From positions 32,001 to 96,000 of the forward strand of contig JBBSQY010000001.1 in the NCBI GenBank assembly GCA_038243585.1: a stretch of 64,000 nt of DNA, read 5' to 3'. The number at the start of each line of letters is the position of its first letter. Position 1 is the stretch's first letter. This document shows positions 9,640 through 20,032 of the stretch, piece after piece. This DNA comes from Candidatus Sumerlaeales bacterium (lineage in GTDB: Bacteria > Sumerlaeota > Sumerlaeia > Sumerlaeales > Sumerlaeaceae). Below the pieces are notes generated by a model. That model made no database searches, was not told the origin of the DNA, and saw only the letters and a list, made by a program, of their open reading frames with translations. A program made the position numbers and the translations under genes.

Positions 9640-10956
9640 GTGACCAAGATAAAAGAGACCCCGACCCAGGTCTGCGACCGTACTCTTAGCCGTCGCGACC
9701 TCCTCAAGCTCACCGCCACGGCGGCCTTGGGATTTACCATAGTCCCGCGCCACGTGCTTGGCGGCCCGGGCTACACTCCGCCCAGCGAAAAACTAACCCG
9801 CGGCATCATCGGATGCGGTGGCATGGGACAAAGCCATATTGGCTATAACTATGGCCCGATATTGGGATTGTGCGACGTGGATAGTAGCCACTTGAACAGT
9901 TCCTTGCAAAAAGCTCATGCTCAGGGTGATACATCCGCCAAAGGCTACCGAGACTTCCGCGAAATGCTGGAGCGCGACGACATCGATATTATCCACGTCG
10001 TCACACCGCCCCACTGGCACGCCGCCATGTCGATTCTCGCCGCAGAAAGCGGCAAGGATGTCTGGTGTGAAAAACCCATGACCCGCACCATTGGCGAGGG
10101 CATTAAAGTAAAAGAGGCCATCCGCCGCACAGGACGGATGTTGAGAGTTAATACCTGGTTCCGTTTTCAAAGCGACTGGTACGGAGCAGGCACCACCGTA
10201 GCCCCGCTTAAAAAGCTGGTAGATAGCGGAATGCTGGGCTGGCCCCTGAAATTCACCCTTGGCAGCAGCACCGGATTTGATTGGAAACAGGACGATTGGG
10301 ACGGACAGGCTGGGCTGAAAGCAGAGCCGATTCCGCCGGAACTGGACTACAACCTGTGGCTTGGCCCAGCGCCGGAGAAGCCCTACAATAGCCTTCGGGT
10401 TCACAAAAACTTTCGCGGATACTGGGATTACGACGGCGGCGGCCTTGGCGATATGGGCCAGCACTACCTGGATCCCGTTCAGTATCTGCTCGGCAAAGAC
10501 GACACCAGCCCCGTTGAAGTTGAAGCCGATTCCGTTCAGCAGCACCCGGAAGTGGTTCACCCTTTCCGCTCCATTCGCATGAAATACGCGGACGGATGCG
10601 AAATTATCCTGGATGGCGGCCCCGCCAAAAAAGGTGTGCCCCTAATCGAAGGGCCAAAGGGCAAGCTTTTCCCGGATTTCGAATCAGATATTCCCGACCT
10701 GCGAGTGAAGCTCGATCGAATCCCCGATCCTGAGTTTCATATTGCAGAATTCTCCGATGCCGTCAGGTCCCGTCAGCCCTTCGCCCTGAACGAGCAGAAC
10801 GGCCATCGCTCCTGCACGCTTATCAACCTGGCAAAGATCGCCACCCGCCTCAGACGGCCTCTCCAGTATGACCCGGTGGCGGAGAAATTTGTAAACGATG
10901 AACAGGCCAACACGCTCGTTGACGAACCAATGCGTGCACCCTGGACGCTCTTATAA
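9640..10956 (+). CDS. Tat-exported Gfo/Idh/MocA oxidoreductase (copy 1)
   Basis: SRRDLLK Tat motif, IGCGGMG, CEKPM, GDMGQH; start uncertain (9604-9640). Confidence 0.9.
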   Translation: MTKIKETPTQVCDRTLSRRDLLKLTATAALGFTIVPRHVLGGPGYTPPSEKLTRGIIGCGGMGQSHIGYNYGPILGLCDVDSSHLNSSLQKAHAQGDTSAKGYRDFREMLERDDIDIIHVVTPPHWHAAMSILAAESGKDVWCEKPMTRTIGEGIKVKEAIRRTGRMLRVNTWFRFQSDWYGAGTTVAPLKKLVDSGMLGWPLKFTLGSSTGFDWKQDDWDGQAGLKAEPIPPELDYNLWLGPAPEKPYNSLRVHKNFRGYWDYDGGGLGDMGQHYLDPVQYLLGKDDTSPVEVEADSVQQHPEVVHPFRSIRMKYADGCEIILDGGPAKKGVPLIEGPKGKLFPDFESDIPDLRVKLDRIPDPEFHIAEFSDAVRSRQPFALNEQNGHRSCTLINLAKIATRLRRPLQYDPVAEKFVNDEQANTLVDEPMRAPWTLL

Positions 10957-10992
10957 TTTCAATAAATACTGATAAGCTCTATTGGAGGATTT

Positions 10993-12279
10993 GTGACCGA
11001 TAACACAATTAGTCGCCGTGACCTGTTGAAGGCGGGCGCCGCCGCTGCTCTAGGCTTTACTATTGTCCCACGCCACGTCCTCGGCGGTCCTGGCTATACG
11101 CCCCCCAGCGAACAAATTACCCGCGCTATTATTGGCACGGGTGGCATGGGGCGCGGACATATCAACTATGACCTTGGTCCCCTGCTTGCGGTTTGTGACG
11201 TAGACAGCAACCATCTAAAAATGGCCCTGGACCAGGCAGGCCAAAAAGGTTATAAAAACGTCGCCTCTTACAAGGATTGGCGCGAAGTAATTGAACGCAA
11301 AGACATCGATCTGGTGCATCTCCCCTGCCCGCCCCACTGGCACGCAGTCATGGGCATAGCCGCCGCCAACGCTGGCAAAGACATCTGGGGCGAAAAACCC
11401 ATGTCCCGCACCATAGGCGAAGGTCTCGCCCTGCGCGACGCCATCAAGCGCAATGGCAGAATCTTCCGCGTAAACACCTACTGGCGCTATGAGCGTGAGT
11501 TCTTCGGCCTCGGCGCACCCGTCAAAACCATCAAAAAGATGATCATGCACGGTATGCTCGGGTGGCCCGTAAAAGCCTATCTCGGCGAAGTTCACGGGTT
11601 CGAATGGAAAACCTTCGCGTGGTCTGGACAGCCCGGCCTGAAAGAGGAACCGGTACCGGCGGAACTGGACTATAATATGTGGCTTGGCCCCGCGCCTTAT
11701 AAGCCATACAACAAGGACCGCGTCCACATGAAGTTCCGTGGCTACTGGGATTATGACGGCGGCGGCCTGGGAGACCAGGCCCAGCACTTCGTAGACCCGG
11801 TTCAGTACATCCTGGGCAAAGACGACACGAGTCCCATCGAAGTGGAAGCCGACGCCTACGAACAGCATCCGTATGCCGTACAGCCTTTCCGCAACGTCGT
11901 TCTTCGCTACGCAGACGGCTGCGAAATCAAGATTGACGCCGAAATGGGCGATCCTGACACCCCAATGTTTGAAGGTCCGGAAGGGAAAGTACTCAGCGGC
12001 TTCCGTTGCTCTATCCCTGATTGGGAAAAGAAACTGGCTCAACTTCCTGACCCCGATCCACAAAATGATGACTTCAAGGCGTGCCTGTTGAATCGCCAGC
12101 CCTTCTGCCTCAACGAACAGGTCAGTCATCGCGCCTGCACCCTGATCAACCTCGCGAAAACCGCCGTACGCACCGGGCGGAAACTACGCTTCGATCCAGA
12201 CAAATTCGAGTACATCGACGATGCACAGGCGAATCTCCTGATTAACGAACCAATGCGCGCGCCGTGGTCGCTGAGCTAA
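10993..12279 (+). CDS. Tat-exported Gfo/Idh/MocA oxidoreductase (copy 2, paralog)
   Basis: SRRDLLK, IGTGGMG, GEKPM; long identical blocks with copy 1; GGAGG RBS. Confidence 0.92.
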   Translation: MTDNTISRRDLLKAGAAAALGFTIVPRHVLGGPGYTPPSEQITRAIIGTGGMGRGHINYDLGPLLAVCDVDSNHLKMALDQAGQKGYKNVASYKDWREVIERKDIDLVHLPCPPHWHAVMGIAAANAGKDIWGEKPMSRTIGEGLALRDAIKRNGRIFRVNTYWRYEREFFGLGAPVKTIKKMIMHGMLGWPVKAYLGEVHGFEWKTFAWSGQPGLKEEPVPAELDYNMWLGPAPYKPYNKDRVHMKFRGYWDYDGGGLGDQAQHFVDPVQYILGKDDTSPIEVEADAYEQHPYAVQPFRNVVLRYADGCEIKIDAEMGDPDTPMFEGPEGKVLSGFRCSIPDWEKKLAQLPDPDPQNDDFKACLLNRQPFCLNEQVSHRACTLINLAKTAVRTGRKLRFDPDKFEYIDDAQANLLINEPMRAPWSLS

Positions 12280-12388
12280 TGACTGGCAAAGCCTCTGTCG
12301 TAAACGGCGGGCGGCCACCATGCGACACCGACTCCACCGCCACCTTAAATTTAAAAGCTTTAGCATCCCAAAAGGACTATCAAACAAT

Positions 12389-15300
12389 ATGAAAAAAGCC
12401 CACCTGTTTGCCCTCACTCTCGGTCTTGCGCCCGCGGCGCTTTCCGCACAGGATTTTAACGTAACTCCACAACAGCAGACGCTGATTGCAGAAATTCCTA
12501 CCAGCAGCGCCGCCACCGCGCGTCAGCTCTTTGGCGAATTAAGCAAAGATGCCGCCGTGCTCGTGCCGATGTTTGCCGCAAAGCTCTCGACGGAAAAAAG
12601 CGACGCCGACACCACCGCCCGTTATGCCCTCGGCGGACTCGTTTGGACAACCGGCCACAGCGGCACGCCGGAACAGAAGCAGCAGCTTGCAAAGCTTATC
12701 GCCGACTCCATAGCAAAAACCACCGACGTCGAACCCAAATCATTCCTCATTGAGCAGCTTCAGTTTATGGGACAGCCCTCCATAGCAGACGTCCTTTACC
12801 CCTTGATGACAGATAAAGACCTCGGCCCCCGTGCAATCCGCACCCTGGCGGCACTAAAGCCAGAAGCGCTCGCGGAGCAGGCACTCACAAAACTAAGCGA
12901 CTCCAACACTACGGAAGTGCAGGCAGGACTGCTTCTCACCCTCGCCCAGCTGGCCCCCGCAAACGCCGTGGCGAAGATCGCGCCCTTGGTCAATGCAACG
13001 GATGGCGACGTCCGCGCAGCCGCCCTGGATGCCCTTGCTGCCATTGCCGACCCATCCTCGCGGGATGCCCTGAAACAGGCCGCCCTTGCCACGGAAACGT
13101 TCGAAGACCTTCTCGCACCGGCACGCTATCTTGATTACGCGAAAAACCTGGCGGCTAAAGATCAGAAAGACTTGGCAGCGGAGATATGTCGCGAAGTTAT
13201 CGCCATGGACCTGACCCCGGCAAATCAACATCTTGCCGGACTTGCCCTGACCACTCTCGCCGACATCGTGGGAGAGCCCGCCGCTGACGATCTGCTGGCC
13301 CATGTGCGCGACGACCAGGAAGATGTCCGTGCCACGGCACTGGATAATCTTAATCGTTTCCCTTCTGAGCCTATGACGGTCCACATCATCAGAGAACTCG
13401 AAACGTCACCAGATCCTGAAGTCACCGTTGCCATTCTGCTTGCTCTTGGCGACCGGAAAGACGCTTCGGCTCTTCCTGCTGTATCGGCAAAATTCGCCGA
13501 CGAAAACGAACTGGTTGCTACGACAGCCGTGGCTTCCGCCGGAGAAATAGACCGGTCTAAAGCGCTGCCTGCATACTTGGACTCGTTGACGACCACTACT
13601 AATGACAACATTGTAAAAGCCGTCATCGATCAGATGCGCAGGGTTAAAACAGAAGAACTCCTGCCCGCCGTAGCTAAGGCGCTGCCGACGTCGAATGCCG
13701 CCGGACAGGTTGCCCTCATAGGCCTGCTCGGAGAACGCCGCGCCGTACAGCAGAAAGACGTTATCTTTGCCGCCACTGAATCAAAGAATTCAAAAGTTCG
13801 CTCCGCCGCCTACGACGCCCTTGGACGCGTTGCAGAGGCCGGCGACCTTGCACGTTTGCGTGATATGATCCTTGCAGCAGACTCTAGCGCCACCCGCAAA
13901 TCTGCGCGGCAGGCTTTTGTCGTAGCAGCAAAAGATTCCGGCGACGCCGCAACCCGCTCGCGCCTTCTACTGGACTCTTTCACCTCCGCCAACCCGGATG
14001 GAAAAGAAGTACTGTTGGAAACCATGGCAGCCCTGGGTGATAAAGAATCACTTCAGATTGTCATCGATACCGCGTCAACAACCGCCGTACCCGAGTTGCA
14101 AAACGCCGCTGTCCGAGCGCTATCTGAATGGCAAAGCACTGATGTGGCGACAGAACTAGCCCGCATAGCACAAAAGTCACCAGTGGAAACCCATCAGGTG
14201 CTTGCAGTGCGCGGCCTTTCCCGCCTCGCCGGCGAAATAAAAGATGCTCCTGCGAAAAAAACCGAAATACTGATGCAGGCCCTTCGCCTGGCCAAACGCC
14301 CTGAAGAACAAAAAACTATCGTATCACAGCTCGGTGACGTAAAAACAACCGATGCGCTCCGGGCTGTCTCACCGTATGTGGATAAAGAGGGCGTAGCCGC
14401 TGAAGCCGCAGCCGCAGCCGTCAAGATTGCGCTGCCAGGCAAGTCCGACACTGGCATTCGAGGTCCGGAAACCGCCGAAACCCTGGGACGCGCACTGCAA
14501 GCTATTCCTGACGAGAAAAAGCGTAAGGAAGTAGAGAAGTTTATCTACGGTATTATCCAGGAAATCAACTCAGCTCCGGTGCAACTCGACAACGAAGGTT
14601 TCGCAATCCTTTTTAACGGCAAAGATCTTTCCGGCTGGTGCGGTGACCTGGATGGATATTCCGTAGAAAATGGCGTGCTCGTCTGCCAAAAAGATGGCGG
14701 CGGCAAACTCTTTACAGAAAAGCAGTATGGCGACTACGTCTTCCGGTTCGAATTTAAACTCGAGGCTGGCGGCAATAACGGCGTCGGAATACGTGCTCCA
14801 CTCCACGGCGACGCCGCTTATGACGGCATGGAAGTACAGATTCTAGACGATAAAGACCCCCAATATAAAGACATCAAGCCATGGCAGGTTCACGGCTCAG
14901 TATACGGCATATCCCCCGCCCAGCCCTCCGATGTGAAGATTGGCGAGTGGAACACGGAAGAAATTTCAGTTGTCGGACGAAACATCAAAGTTACAGTTAA
15001 CGGCAAGGTAGTATCAGATGTAAACCTCGACGAAGCCGCTAAGACGCCATTCCCCAGCGGCAAGGCTCATCCCGGCACCAAACGGAACCGCGGCCACATT
15101 GGTTTTCTGGGTCATCATCACAAGGTTGAATTCCGCAACGTTCGCCTGAAAAACGTCGCGAACACTCCTCCTGCCGGTTATACAGCGTTATTCAACGGCG
15201 AAAATCTGGACGGCTGGAAGGGCCTGGTTGCCAACCCCATTAAAAGAAAAGCCATGCCTGCCGACGAGCTCCAAAAGGCCCAGGCAATAGCCGACGCCAA

Positions 15301-15766
15301 GATGCAGAAACATTGGGACGTAAACAACGCCATTCTGTTTTTCGATGGTGAAGGATCCCACATGTGCACCACAAAAGACTACCGCAATTTTGAGATGCTG
15401 GTAGACTGGTGTATTCCTCCGGGCGGCGACAACGGCATATATCTTCGCGGCACTCCACAGGTGCAGATCTGGGATCCACGTATCTGGCCCCAGGGCAGTG
15501 GTGGCCTGTATAACAATGAAAAGAACACCAGCAATCCCCTGGTGCTGGCGGATAATCCCATCGGTCAATGGAACCAGTTTCGAATTAAGATGGTGGACGA
15601 CAAGGTCACGGTTCACTTGAACGAAAAGCTGGTTGTAGACAACGTGGTATTGGAGAATTTCTGGGATCGCAAACTTCCTGTAGCCCCAAAAGAGCAGATC
15701 GAGCTACAAAGCCACGGCTCTCCCGCCTGGTTCCGGAACGTATATGTTAAAGAACTTCCAGATTAA
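12389..15766 (+). CDS. Secreted HEAT-repeat protein with two C-terminal DUF1080 (3-keto-glycoside hydrolase-like) domains
   Basis: Signal peptide; Ala/Leu helical repeats; two LFNGxxLxGW...NxG...W N...(FLGH/LQSH) domains. Confidence 0.88.
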   Translation: MKKAHLFALTLGLAPAALSAQDFNVTPQQQTLIAEIPTSSAATARQLFGELSKDAAVLVPMFAAKLSTEKSDADTTARYALGGLVWTTGHSGTPEQKQQLAKLIADSIAKTTDVEPKSFLIEQLQFMGQPSIADVLYPLMTDKDLGPRAIRTLAALKPEALAEQALTKLSDSNTTEVQAGLLLTLAQLAPANAVAKIAPLVNATDGDVRAAALDALAAIADPSSRDALKQAALATETFEDLLAPARYLDYAKNLAAKDQKDLAAEICREVIAMDLTPANQHLAGLALTTLADIVGEPAADDLLAHVRDDQEDVRATALDNLNRFPSEPMTVHIIRELETSPDPEVTVAILLALGDRKDASALPAVSAKFADENELVATTAVASAGEIDRSKALPAYLDSLTTTTNDNIVKAVIDQMRRVKTEELLPAVAKALPTSNAAGQVALIGLLGERRAVQQKDVIFAATESKNSKVRSAAYDALGRVAEAGDLARLRDMILAADSSATRKSARQAFVVAAKDSGDAATRSRLLLDSFTSANPDGKEVLLETMAALGDKESLQIVIDTASTTAVPELQNAAVRALSEWQSTDVATELARIAQKSPVETHQVLAVRGLSRLAGEIKDAPAKKTEILMQALRLAKRPEEQKTIVSQLGDVKTTDALRAVSPYVDKEGVAAEAAAAAVKIALPGKSDTGIRGPETAETLGRALQAIPDEKKRKEVEKFIYGIIQEINSAPVQLDNEGFAILFNGKDLSGWCGDLDGYSVENGVLVCQKDGGGKLFTEKQYGDYVFRFEFKLEAGGNNGVGIRAPLHGDAAYDGMEVQILDDKDPQYKDIKPWQVHGSVYGISPAQPSDVKIGEWNTEEISVVGRNIKVTVNGKVVSDVNLDEAAKTPFPSGKAHPGTKRNRGHIGFLGHHHKVEFRNVRLKNVANTPPAGYTALFNGENLDGWKGLVANPIKRKAMPADELQKAQAIADAKMQKHWDVNNAILFFDGEGSHMCTTKDYRNFEMLVDWCIPPGGDNGIYLRGTPQVQIWDPRIWPQGSGGLYNNEKNTSNPLVLADNPIGQWNQFRIKMVDDKVTVHLNEKLVVDNVVLENFWDRKLPVAPKEQIELQSHGSPAWFRNVYVKELPD

Positions 15767-15787
15767 ATAACAAAGCGATAATGACCC

Positions 15788-15827
15788 AAAAAAAGCCGCC
15801 GTCAGATAATTTGACGGCGGCTTTTTT
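15788..15827. terminator. Bidirectional rho-independent terminator
   Basis: A-run + GCCGCCGTCA / TGACGGCGGC + T6 between convergent genes. Confidence 0.9.
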
Positions 15828-15866
15828 ATTAGTCGGTTTCGTAGAGCCAATAGTGGCTAGCGTAAC

Positions 15867-16238
15867 TTAGACATCTTCCTCAGTAAGGATTGTTTCTTTT
15901 TCAGGCTGAGGGATATGTGCCCGCGGGTCGTTTAGTCGATCAAAGGTTTTATCAAGCGTCCGGACCATCTTGTCAATAGCTCCATCCAGTGCCTGCATAG
16001 CATTAGCGGCCTGTTCCGTCACCGTCACTGGATCGCGGCCGGCTGGCCGTGCTTCTAATGCGCAACGCTTGTCATTCTCGCCAGACTTAGTGCTACTGTT
16101 CACATCGTTAAAGTGAACGAGGACCGTAGTAAGACGCTCACTAAAACGCGCCAGCGCGTCTTCTATAACTGCTTCGGCCTGTACAATAAGTTCTTTATTG
16201 CCGGGGATGTGGTGATCAGCATGGACCTGTATGTTCAT
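15867..16238 (-). CDS. HPF/RaiA-family ribosome-associated protein
   Basis: MNIQVHAD...RFSERLT.V.VHF.D...DKRCALEARP...A..GA.DK pattern. Confidence 0.85.
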   Translation of the reverse strand: MNIQVHADHHIPGNKELIVQAEAVIEDALARFSERLTTVLVHFNDVNSSTKSGENDKRCALEARPAGRDPVTVTEQAANAMQALDGAIDKMVRTLDKTFDRLNDPRAHIPQPEKETILTEEDV

Positions 16239-16374
16239 AGATGAATCCTTCAATTTTTATCTTATAAGTTACAGTCGTGCACCTGCGGTATTGCTTAGTA
16301 TTAGCAGGCATACCGTGTTAACAAATGCCTCATGTTGCAACCGTACGCCATGCTATCAGCTTTTCGATTTTGTG

Positions 16375-17544
16375 CTATGCCTCATACCGGTAAATGGCTG
16401 CAACACCGGTCGTCGTCGGCATATGATCTGTCGGAATAAGAAACACCTGGCCGCCATTTCTTTCCACCAGTTCGCCAAGATCATCCAGCATATCATCAAC
16501 GGCCGGATTTGTATCATCCCCAGCCTCAATTTTGCCAGTGCCAGAATCGATCCGCCCACGCAGAATCCTGTTCTCCTCAAGGAAAACCGTATTAACTCGA
16601 CCGGCTACCGCGGCCTTTGCAACGTCAGCAAGCTCATCGCTTCCCAGCTTGCGTGATTGTGCCACTTTAAAGTCATCCTTCATCGCATCAAGCCGCGCGT
16701 GATACTGCGGCTCCATCGCCTGCCAGGCAAGGTCCCGAAGTTGATCTTCCTTCACTGCCTTCGGGTTTATCTTTACACCCTCAGTCTGCAGATAGGGATT
16801 ATTGCTGACCTTATGAAAATGATGATGGTGTTCTGCCAAGGCTACCAGAACCAGCGGAAGCTTCGAGTTTTTGGACACATGCTCATGCACAGCCGTATCA
16901 ATAGCGCGAAAAAAGCGCTCTTCATCGATCTCCCGCTCATCTCTGCCGCCGCCATTTCCCGAGTTCATGATAAGCCGGCCACGCCTGCGAACGGCGAACG
17001 GCGAAGGATTCGGATACTCTTCTTCCACATCCCCGCCAAGGGCTTCCTTAATAGTTTTCGGCATTTCCGGCGCCGTGACTACGGATTCAATGCTGTTGCG
17101 AGTGCCCTGGTAAATTTCGATCTCGTCCAGCGACAACGCCAGCAACTGGTACTGGTCAGTGCTTTGCAGAAACTTCCTCAGGGGCTTAACGTGAAAACTA
17201 TCCGCCACAACGACAAGCTCGCCTACAGTTCGCGGAAATACAAACACCTCAAAGGTTTTCTCAGACATCAGCACGCCGATTCCATCCAGCGTGTGGTTCC
17301 AGAAATCACGGTTCTCTGCCAGGTCGTGAAACGGCTTAAGCAGTTTCGTTCGCGAAGCCTCGTCGTGTCCAGCCTCAAGAGTTTTTTCCAACTGGTTAAC
17401 AAGGTTCTTAAATCGAATCGGGTCTTGATGGTTTTCAGGAGCTCGACGGTGCGTTGGCTGATAGAGCGAGATGCATACAGGCGACTTGTCCGCCATTAAT
17501 TTGTCTAAAGCCTCACGTGTTGGATACTGCGGTTCATTAGGCAT
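16375..17544 (-). CDS. Bacterial aeRF1-like protein (baeRF3-type, Balon-like hibernation factor)
   Basis: CISLYQPTHR, DPIRFKNL, VADSFHVKPL, GRVNTVFL and C-terminal AAIYRY motifs; no GGQ seen. Confidence 0.82.
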   Translation of the reverse strand: MPNEPQYPTREALDKLMADKSPVCISLYQPTHRRAPENHQDPIRFKNLVNQLEKTLEAGHDEASRTKLLKPFHDLAENRDFWNHTLDGIGVLMSEKTFEVFVFPRTVGELVVVADSFHVKPLRKFLQSTDQYQLLALSLDEIEIYQGTRNSIESVVTAPEMPKTIKEALGGDVEEEYPNPSPFAVRRRGRLIMNSGNGGGRDEREIDEERFFRAIDTAVHEHVSKNSKLPLVLVALAEHHHHFHKVSNNPYLQTEGVKINPKAVKEDQLRDLAWQAMEPQYHARLDAMKDDFKVAQSRKLGSDELADVAKAAVAGRVNTVFLEENRILRGRIDSGTGKIEAGDDTNPAVDDMLDDLGELVERNGGQVFLIPTDHMPTTTGVAAIYRYEA

Positions 17545-17827
17545 ATAGAAATTCTCCGAAGGCCCTTGTTGTTATAAGGCGTATTTGAAACCATTGCATT
17601 TGCAATAGTTACATACTATCCGTATAAGGCAAGTTTTCTGCCAAGCATCTTCCCAGGCCACTCCGTCACAGTCCCCACGCGTATTGTTCCCAGTCCCGCT
17701 AGCCCCGCTCAGGCGCGCCACCACGGTATCGAATTGCTATCTTACAGGAAATCACCCGAGAGTTCATCCCGTCCCGTAGGGCCTCATAACTAGCGCACCG
17801 CGCTCTGCCTTAAATGGCAATCCTTTG

Positions 17828-18700
17828 TCAATCCAGTCTCACAATGCGCAGCTGCGCCCCTGCTGCGAGATCGATAATACTAGGCCCCGTTGTAGTCTCT
17901 AAGTAAATACTGACTTGATCTCCCGCCCCCAGGTCCAGCCAGGTCTCACTGTTCAAAGGATTGGGAACCGACAGCGTGCCAAACGTATGAACTTTCACTC
18001 CATTTCGGTACAAGTTAACCGATGCTGTAGAGTCTGGAAAAGCAAACTGTGACATAGAGAGACTGACAGAGACCATGTAATAGCCGGACTGGGTAGGTGA
18101 AAAATTAATCAAGAATCCGCTAAAGCCGGCGTTTTTAACCAGGGTGTCAAAGTTCACAGGCTCATTGCTTAAAACACGTTGTGAAAACGAGCTTTTAGCC
18201 ACCATAATAGGTGTAAAGTCAGCGCTCAATTTGGCGCGGTTTATAGCGCCATCTTCAACTTTTGCGCCGGTTATAGCGCCATCCTTGATCGACGCGGTAT
18301 CAACGCCCGAAGCCGCCACGGACAGCGCAACCGGCGCAGGCGTAATCGGCTGGCGCGGTGTCAGGACCGTGTGAGCGACGCCACTGCCAGACGGCCTCAC
18401 CCGGATTTCCAGATAGCGGGCTTCATTGCCAAACGCGCCAACGCCAAAACTTAGAGGCACAGTAAACAGTCCGTTAGTAACCACAACACCATTCAGCGCG
18501 TTTACGCCACCAATTTCAGAGCCATTCGCCGCCGCATCAAACAACCGGAATTCAAGGTCCTGAGGAACCGTAACAGCTGTACCCCCGTGATCTAAACGGC
18601 CCTGGTAAGTGAAAGTATCGCCTATCGGCGCAGCAAAAGCCTGCGCTGTGAAGCCAAAACAAACCATAGCGACCAGCGCGACTGCCAATTTAAATCTCAT
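17828..18700 (-). CDS. Secreted FTYQGRL-domain fibre-like protein with C1q/TNF-like C-terminal domain (copy A)
   Basis: Signal peptide; FTYQGRL N-domain; DGAIxxAK repeats; FSPTQSGYYMVSVSL C1q-like strand. Confidence 0.8.
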   Translation of the reverse strand: MRFKLAVALVAMVCFGFTAQAFAAPIGDTFTYQGRLDHGGTAVTVPQDLEFRLFDAAANGSEIGGVNALNGVVVTNGLFTVPLSFGVGAFGNEARYLEIRVRPSGSGVAHTVLTPRQPITPAPVALSVAASGVDTASIKDGAITGAKVEDGAINRAKLSADFTPIMVAKSSFSQRVLSNEPVNFDTLVKNAGFSGFLINFSPTQSGYYMVSVSLSMSQFAFPDSTASVNLYRNGVKVHTFGTLSVPNPLNSETWLDLGAGDQVSIYLETTTGPSIIDLAAGAQLRIVRLD

Positions 18701-18853
18701 GTTATAAACACCTCTGTTGTATCGGCTTATATGCTCTGCAAAAAAGCAAGCAGATTGTAAAAAGAACCGCTTTATAAATCGACCTTCGATTTTGGAATCG
18801 GTATTTGGCGTACCAGATTGCGCCGCAGTGTGCGCAGAAAAAATACCCTGTAA

Positions 18854-19732
18854 TCAGTCCACGCTCACAATGCGCAACTGAGATCCAGCGGCCACATCAA
18901 CATATGTTTTTCCATTCACGGCTGTGGCCAGCGTAGTAACAGAAATTTGATCACCCGCCACAATGCCGAGCAAAATCTCCCTGTTCAGAGGATGGTCAAC
19001 TGACAACGGTCCAAGAGTGTGAACTTGCACTCCATTACAGCACAGGTAAACCAATGCTGTAGAACCTGGAAACGCCGACTCTGACATCGTGATGCTGACA
19101 GAAGTCCTAAAATTGCCGGACTTAATAGGAGAGAAATTAGTCCCGAATCCAGTAATGCCGTCACTTTTATCCACGGAATGAAAGTACACAGGTTCTTTCG
19201 CAAAAAGAGTTTGCGAATATATGCTGTGAGCCGCAAGGGTTGACGTAAGATCGTCGCTTATCTTGGCTCGGTTATCAGCGCCATCCTTAACCGTAGCCTT
19301 TTTAGCCCTCGAAACCGTAGCCTTTTTAGCGCTTGAAACCGTAGCCTTTTTAGCCCTTGAAACTGGCACAGACGTTATAGCCTGGCGCGGAGTCAGGGTC
19401 GTGTAGGCGACGCCGCTGCATGATGGCCTCACTCGGATTTCCAGATAGCGGGCCCCATTCCCAAACGCGCCGACACCAAAGTTCAGCGGCACACTATACA
19501 GCCCATGAGTAACCGCAACGCAACTGAGTGCGTTCACGCTGCCAATTTCGCAACCATCATGCACCGCGTCAAACAACCGAAATTCCAGGTCCTGTGGAGC
19601 AGTAACAGCGGCACCCTCGTAATTCAGCCGCCCCTGATAAGTAAAAGCATTCCCCACCGACGCAGAAAAAGCCGGCGCAGTGCAGAAAAAATAAACCACA
19701 GCAGCCAGCACGACTTCCAAACGAAATCTCAT
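18854..19732 (-). CDS. Tandem paralog of 17828..18700 (copy B) with Lys-rich repeat insert
   Basis: Colinear with copy A from MRFRL to QLRIVSVD; ~50 bp of upstream sequence also duplicated. Confidence 0.75.
   Translation of the reverse strand: MRFRLEVVLAAVVYFFCTAPAFSASVGNAFTYQGRLNYEGAAVTAPQDLEFRLFDAVHDGCEIGSVNALSCVAVTHGLYSVPLNFGVGAFGNGARYLEIRVRPSCSGVAYTTLTPRQAITSVPVSRAKKATVSSAKKATVSRAKKATVKDGADNRAKISDDLTSTLAAHSIYSQTLFAKEPVYFHSVDKSDGITGFGTNFSPIKSGNFRTSVSITMSESAFPGSTALVYLCCNGVQVHTLGPLSVDHPLNREILLGIVAGDQISVTTLATAVNGKTYVDVAAGSQLRIVSVD
19289..19360. repeat. 3 x 24-bp tandem repeat encoding S(R/S)AKKATV
   Basis: aaccgtagcctttttagc(c/g)ct(c/t)ga three times. Confidence 0.95.
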
Positions 19733-20032
19733 GTTGAGGAAACCTCTGATATATTGGCTTAATTGCTCTGAAAAAAAACACGTTACCATAACTATTAGGA
19801 GCGGTTATGCAATTATTTAGGTTTTTGCGCCAGATCCGCAGCTTACAATTGATGACAGGAAATGGCTGTCAAACCGGAGCTTTTGCACCCCACGAACTTG
19901 TGGGCATGGAGGGCATTTTCGCACGTTTCAGTTTATCTTTTAATGAGAGGTTGTTGCCAGGAGAAACAGTTTGTGTCGTCCGACGCCGGGCATGGCAGCA
20001 AGATTATCACTGCCATGCCCCCTTTCGCCATA

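Noticed and set aside
10930..12279. Gfo/Idh/MocA C-termini APWTLL and APWSLS resembling the W-tail
   Set aside because: The R.PW ending is part of this oxidoreductase family and lacks the [VIA]-x-[DE] lead-in and the final aromatic residue.
19289..19360. CRISPR-like repeat
   Set aside because: Head-to-tail in-frame coding repeat with no spacers or cas genes.
17828..19732. Diversity-generating retroelement TR/VR explanation for the paralogs
   Set aside because: Differences span the whole gene and are not adenine-specific; no reverse transcriptase present.
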